NCBI RefSeq assembly: GCF_023055435.1
Contig: NW_025964190.1
Location: 62,001 to 126,000 of the forward strand
Direction: 5' to 3'
DNA from: Haliotis rufescens
Taxonomy: Eukaryota
Length of the DNA: 64,000 nucleotides
Shown here: piece by piece, positions 63,736 through 64,000 of the stretch
Layout of the letters: the number at the start of each line of letters is the position of its first letter
Numbering within the stretch: position 1 is the first letter of the stretch
Position numbers and translations under genes: made by a program
Notes under the pieces: model-generated
What the model was told of the DNA's origin: nothing
The model's database searches: none
The model's input: the letters and a program-made list of their open reading frames with translations, nothing else

Positions 63736-64000
63736 GGAATATGTTTTGAGGATGTGCATTAAAAAAGAATTGAAGTTGGTAAGCGAAAATCTTCCTTATT
63801 TCGAATTATTTAGAATATTATTGGTCAGTCGGGTTCCCTGAAATAAAGACGTTTTCTAATGATCTATTGTACACACAACTACATATACATGATGCAGCTA
63901 GATTGTAGACTAGTAGTTGTTTATGCTTGTTTACAATTTATTGATGAGAACATGTAGTATTCGCTTTGTTGTTTTCCAGCTTGTTGAAATATGGCTGTGT

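Overview
This is animal genomic DNA, probably a mollusc (gastropod/abalone-like, inferred from the SINE repertoire and the AIG1 expansion). It is intron-rich and dense in transposable elements. Left part (about 2.6-27.3 kb): a minus-strand tandem array of 8 GIMAP/AIG1 GTPase copies, built from a ~1.84-kb unit nested inside a near-identical ~9.6-kb duplication. Three copies are full-length two-exon genes, only one of which keeps a canonical splice acceptor; five are pseudogenes truncated at the same point and lacking the P-loop. Each 9.6-kb unit carries a 2,626-bp solo-LTR-like element whose R-like sequence is duplicated so as to frame an apparent intron containing the poly(A) signal. Right part: a complete 7-exon BRCC3/BRCC36 gene (minus strand, ~265 aa) head-to-head with a DUF229 alkaline-phosphatase-superfamily gene (plus strand, ~868 aa). 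Two BRCC3 splice sites are embedded in minisatellites made of copies of those same splice sites. A decayed RNase H-containing LINE, several SINE families, MITEs and hAT remnants fill the rest. Exon models were derived by hand from GT-AG sites and phase continuity; repeat family names are tentative.
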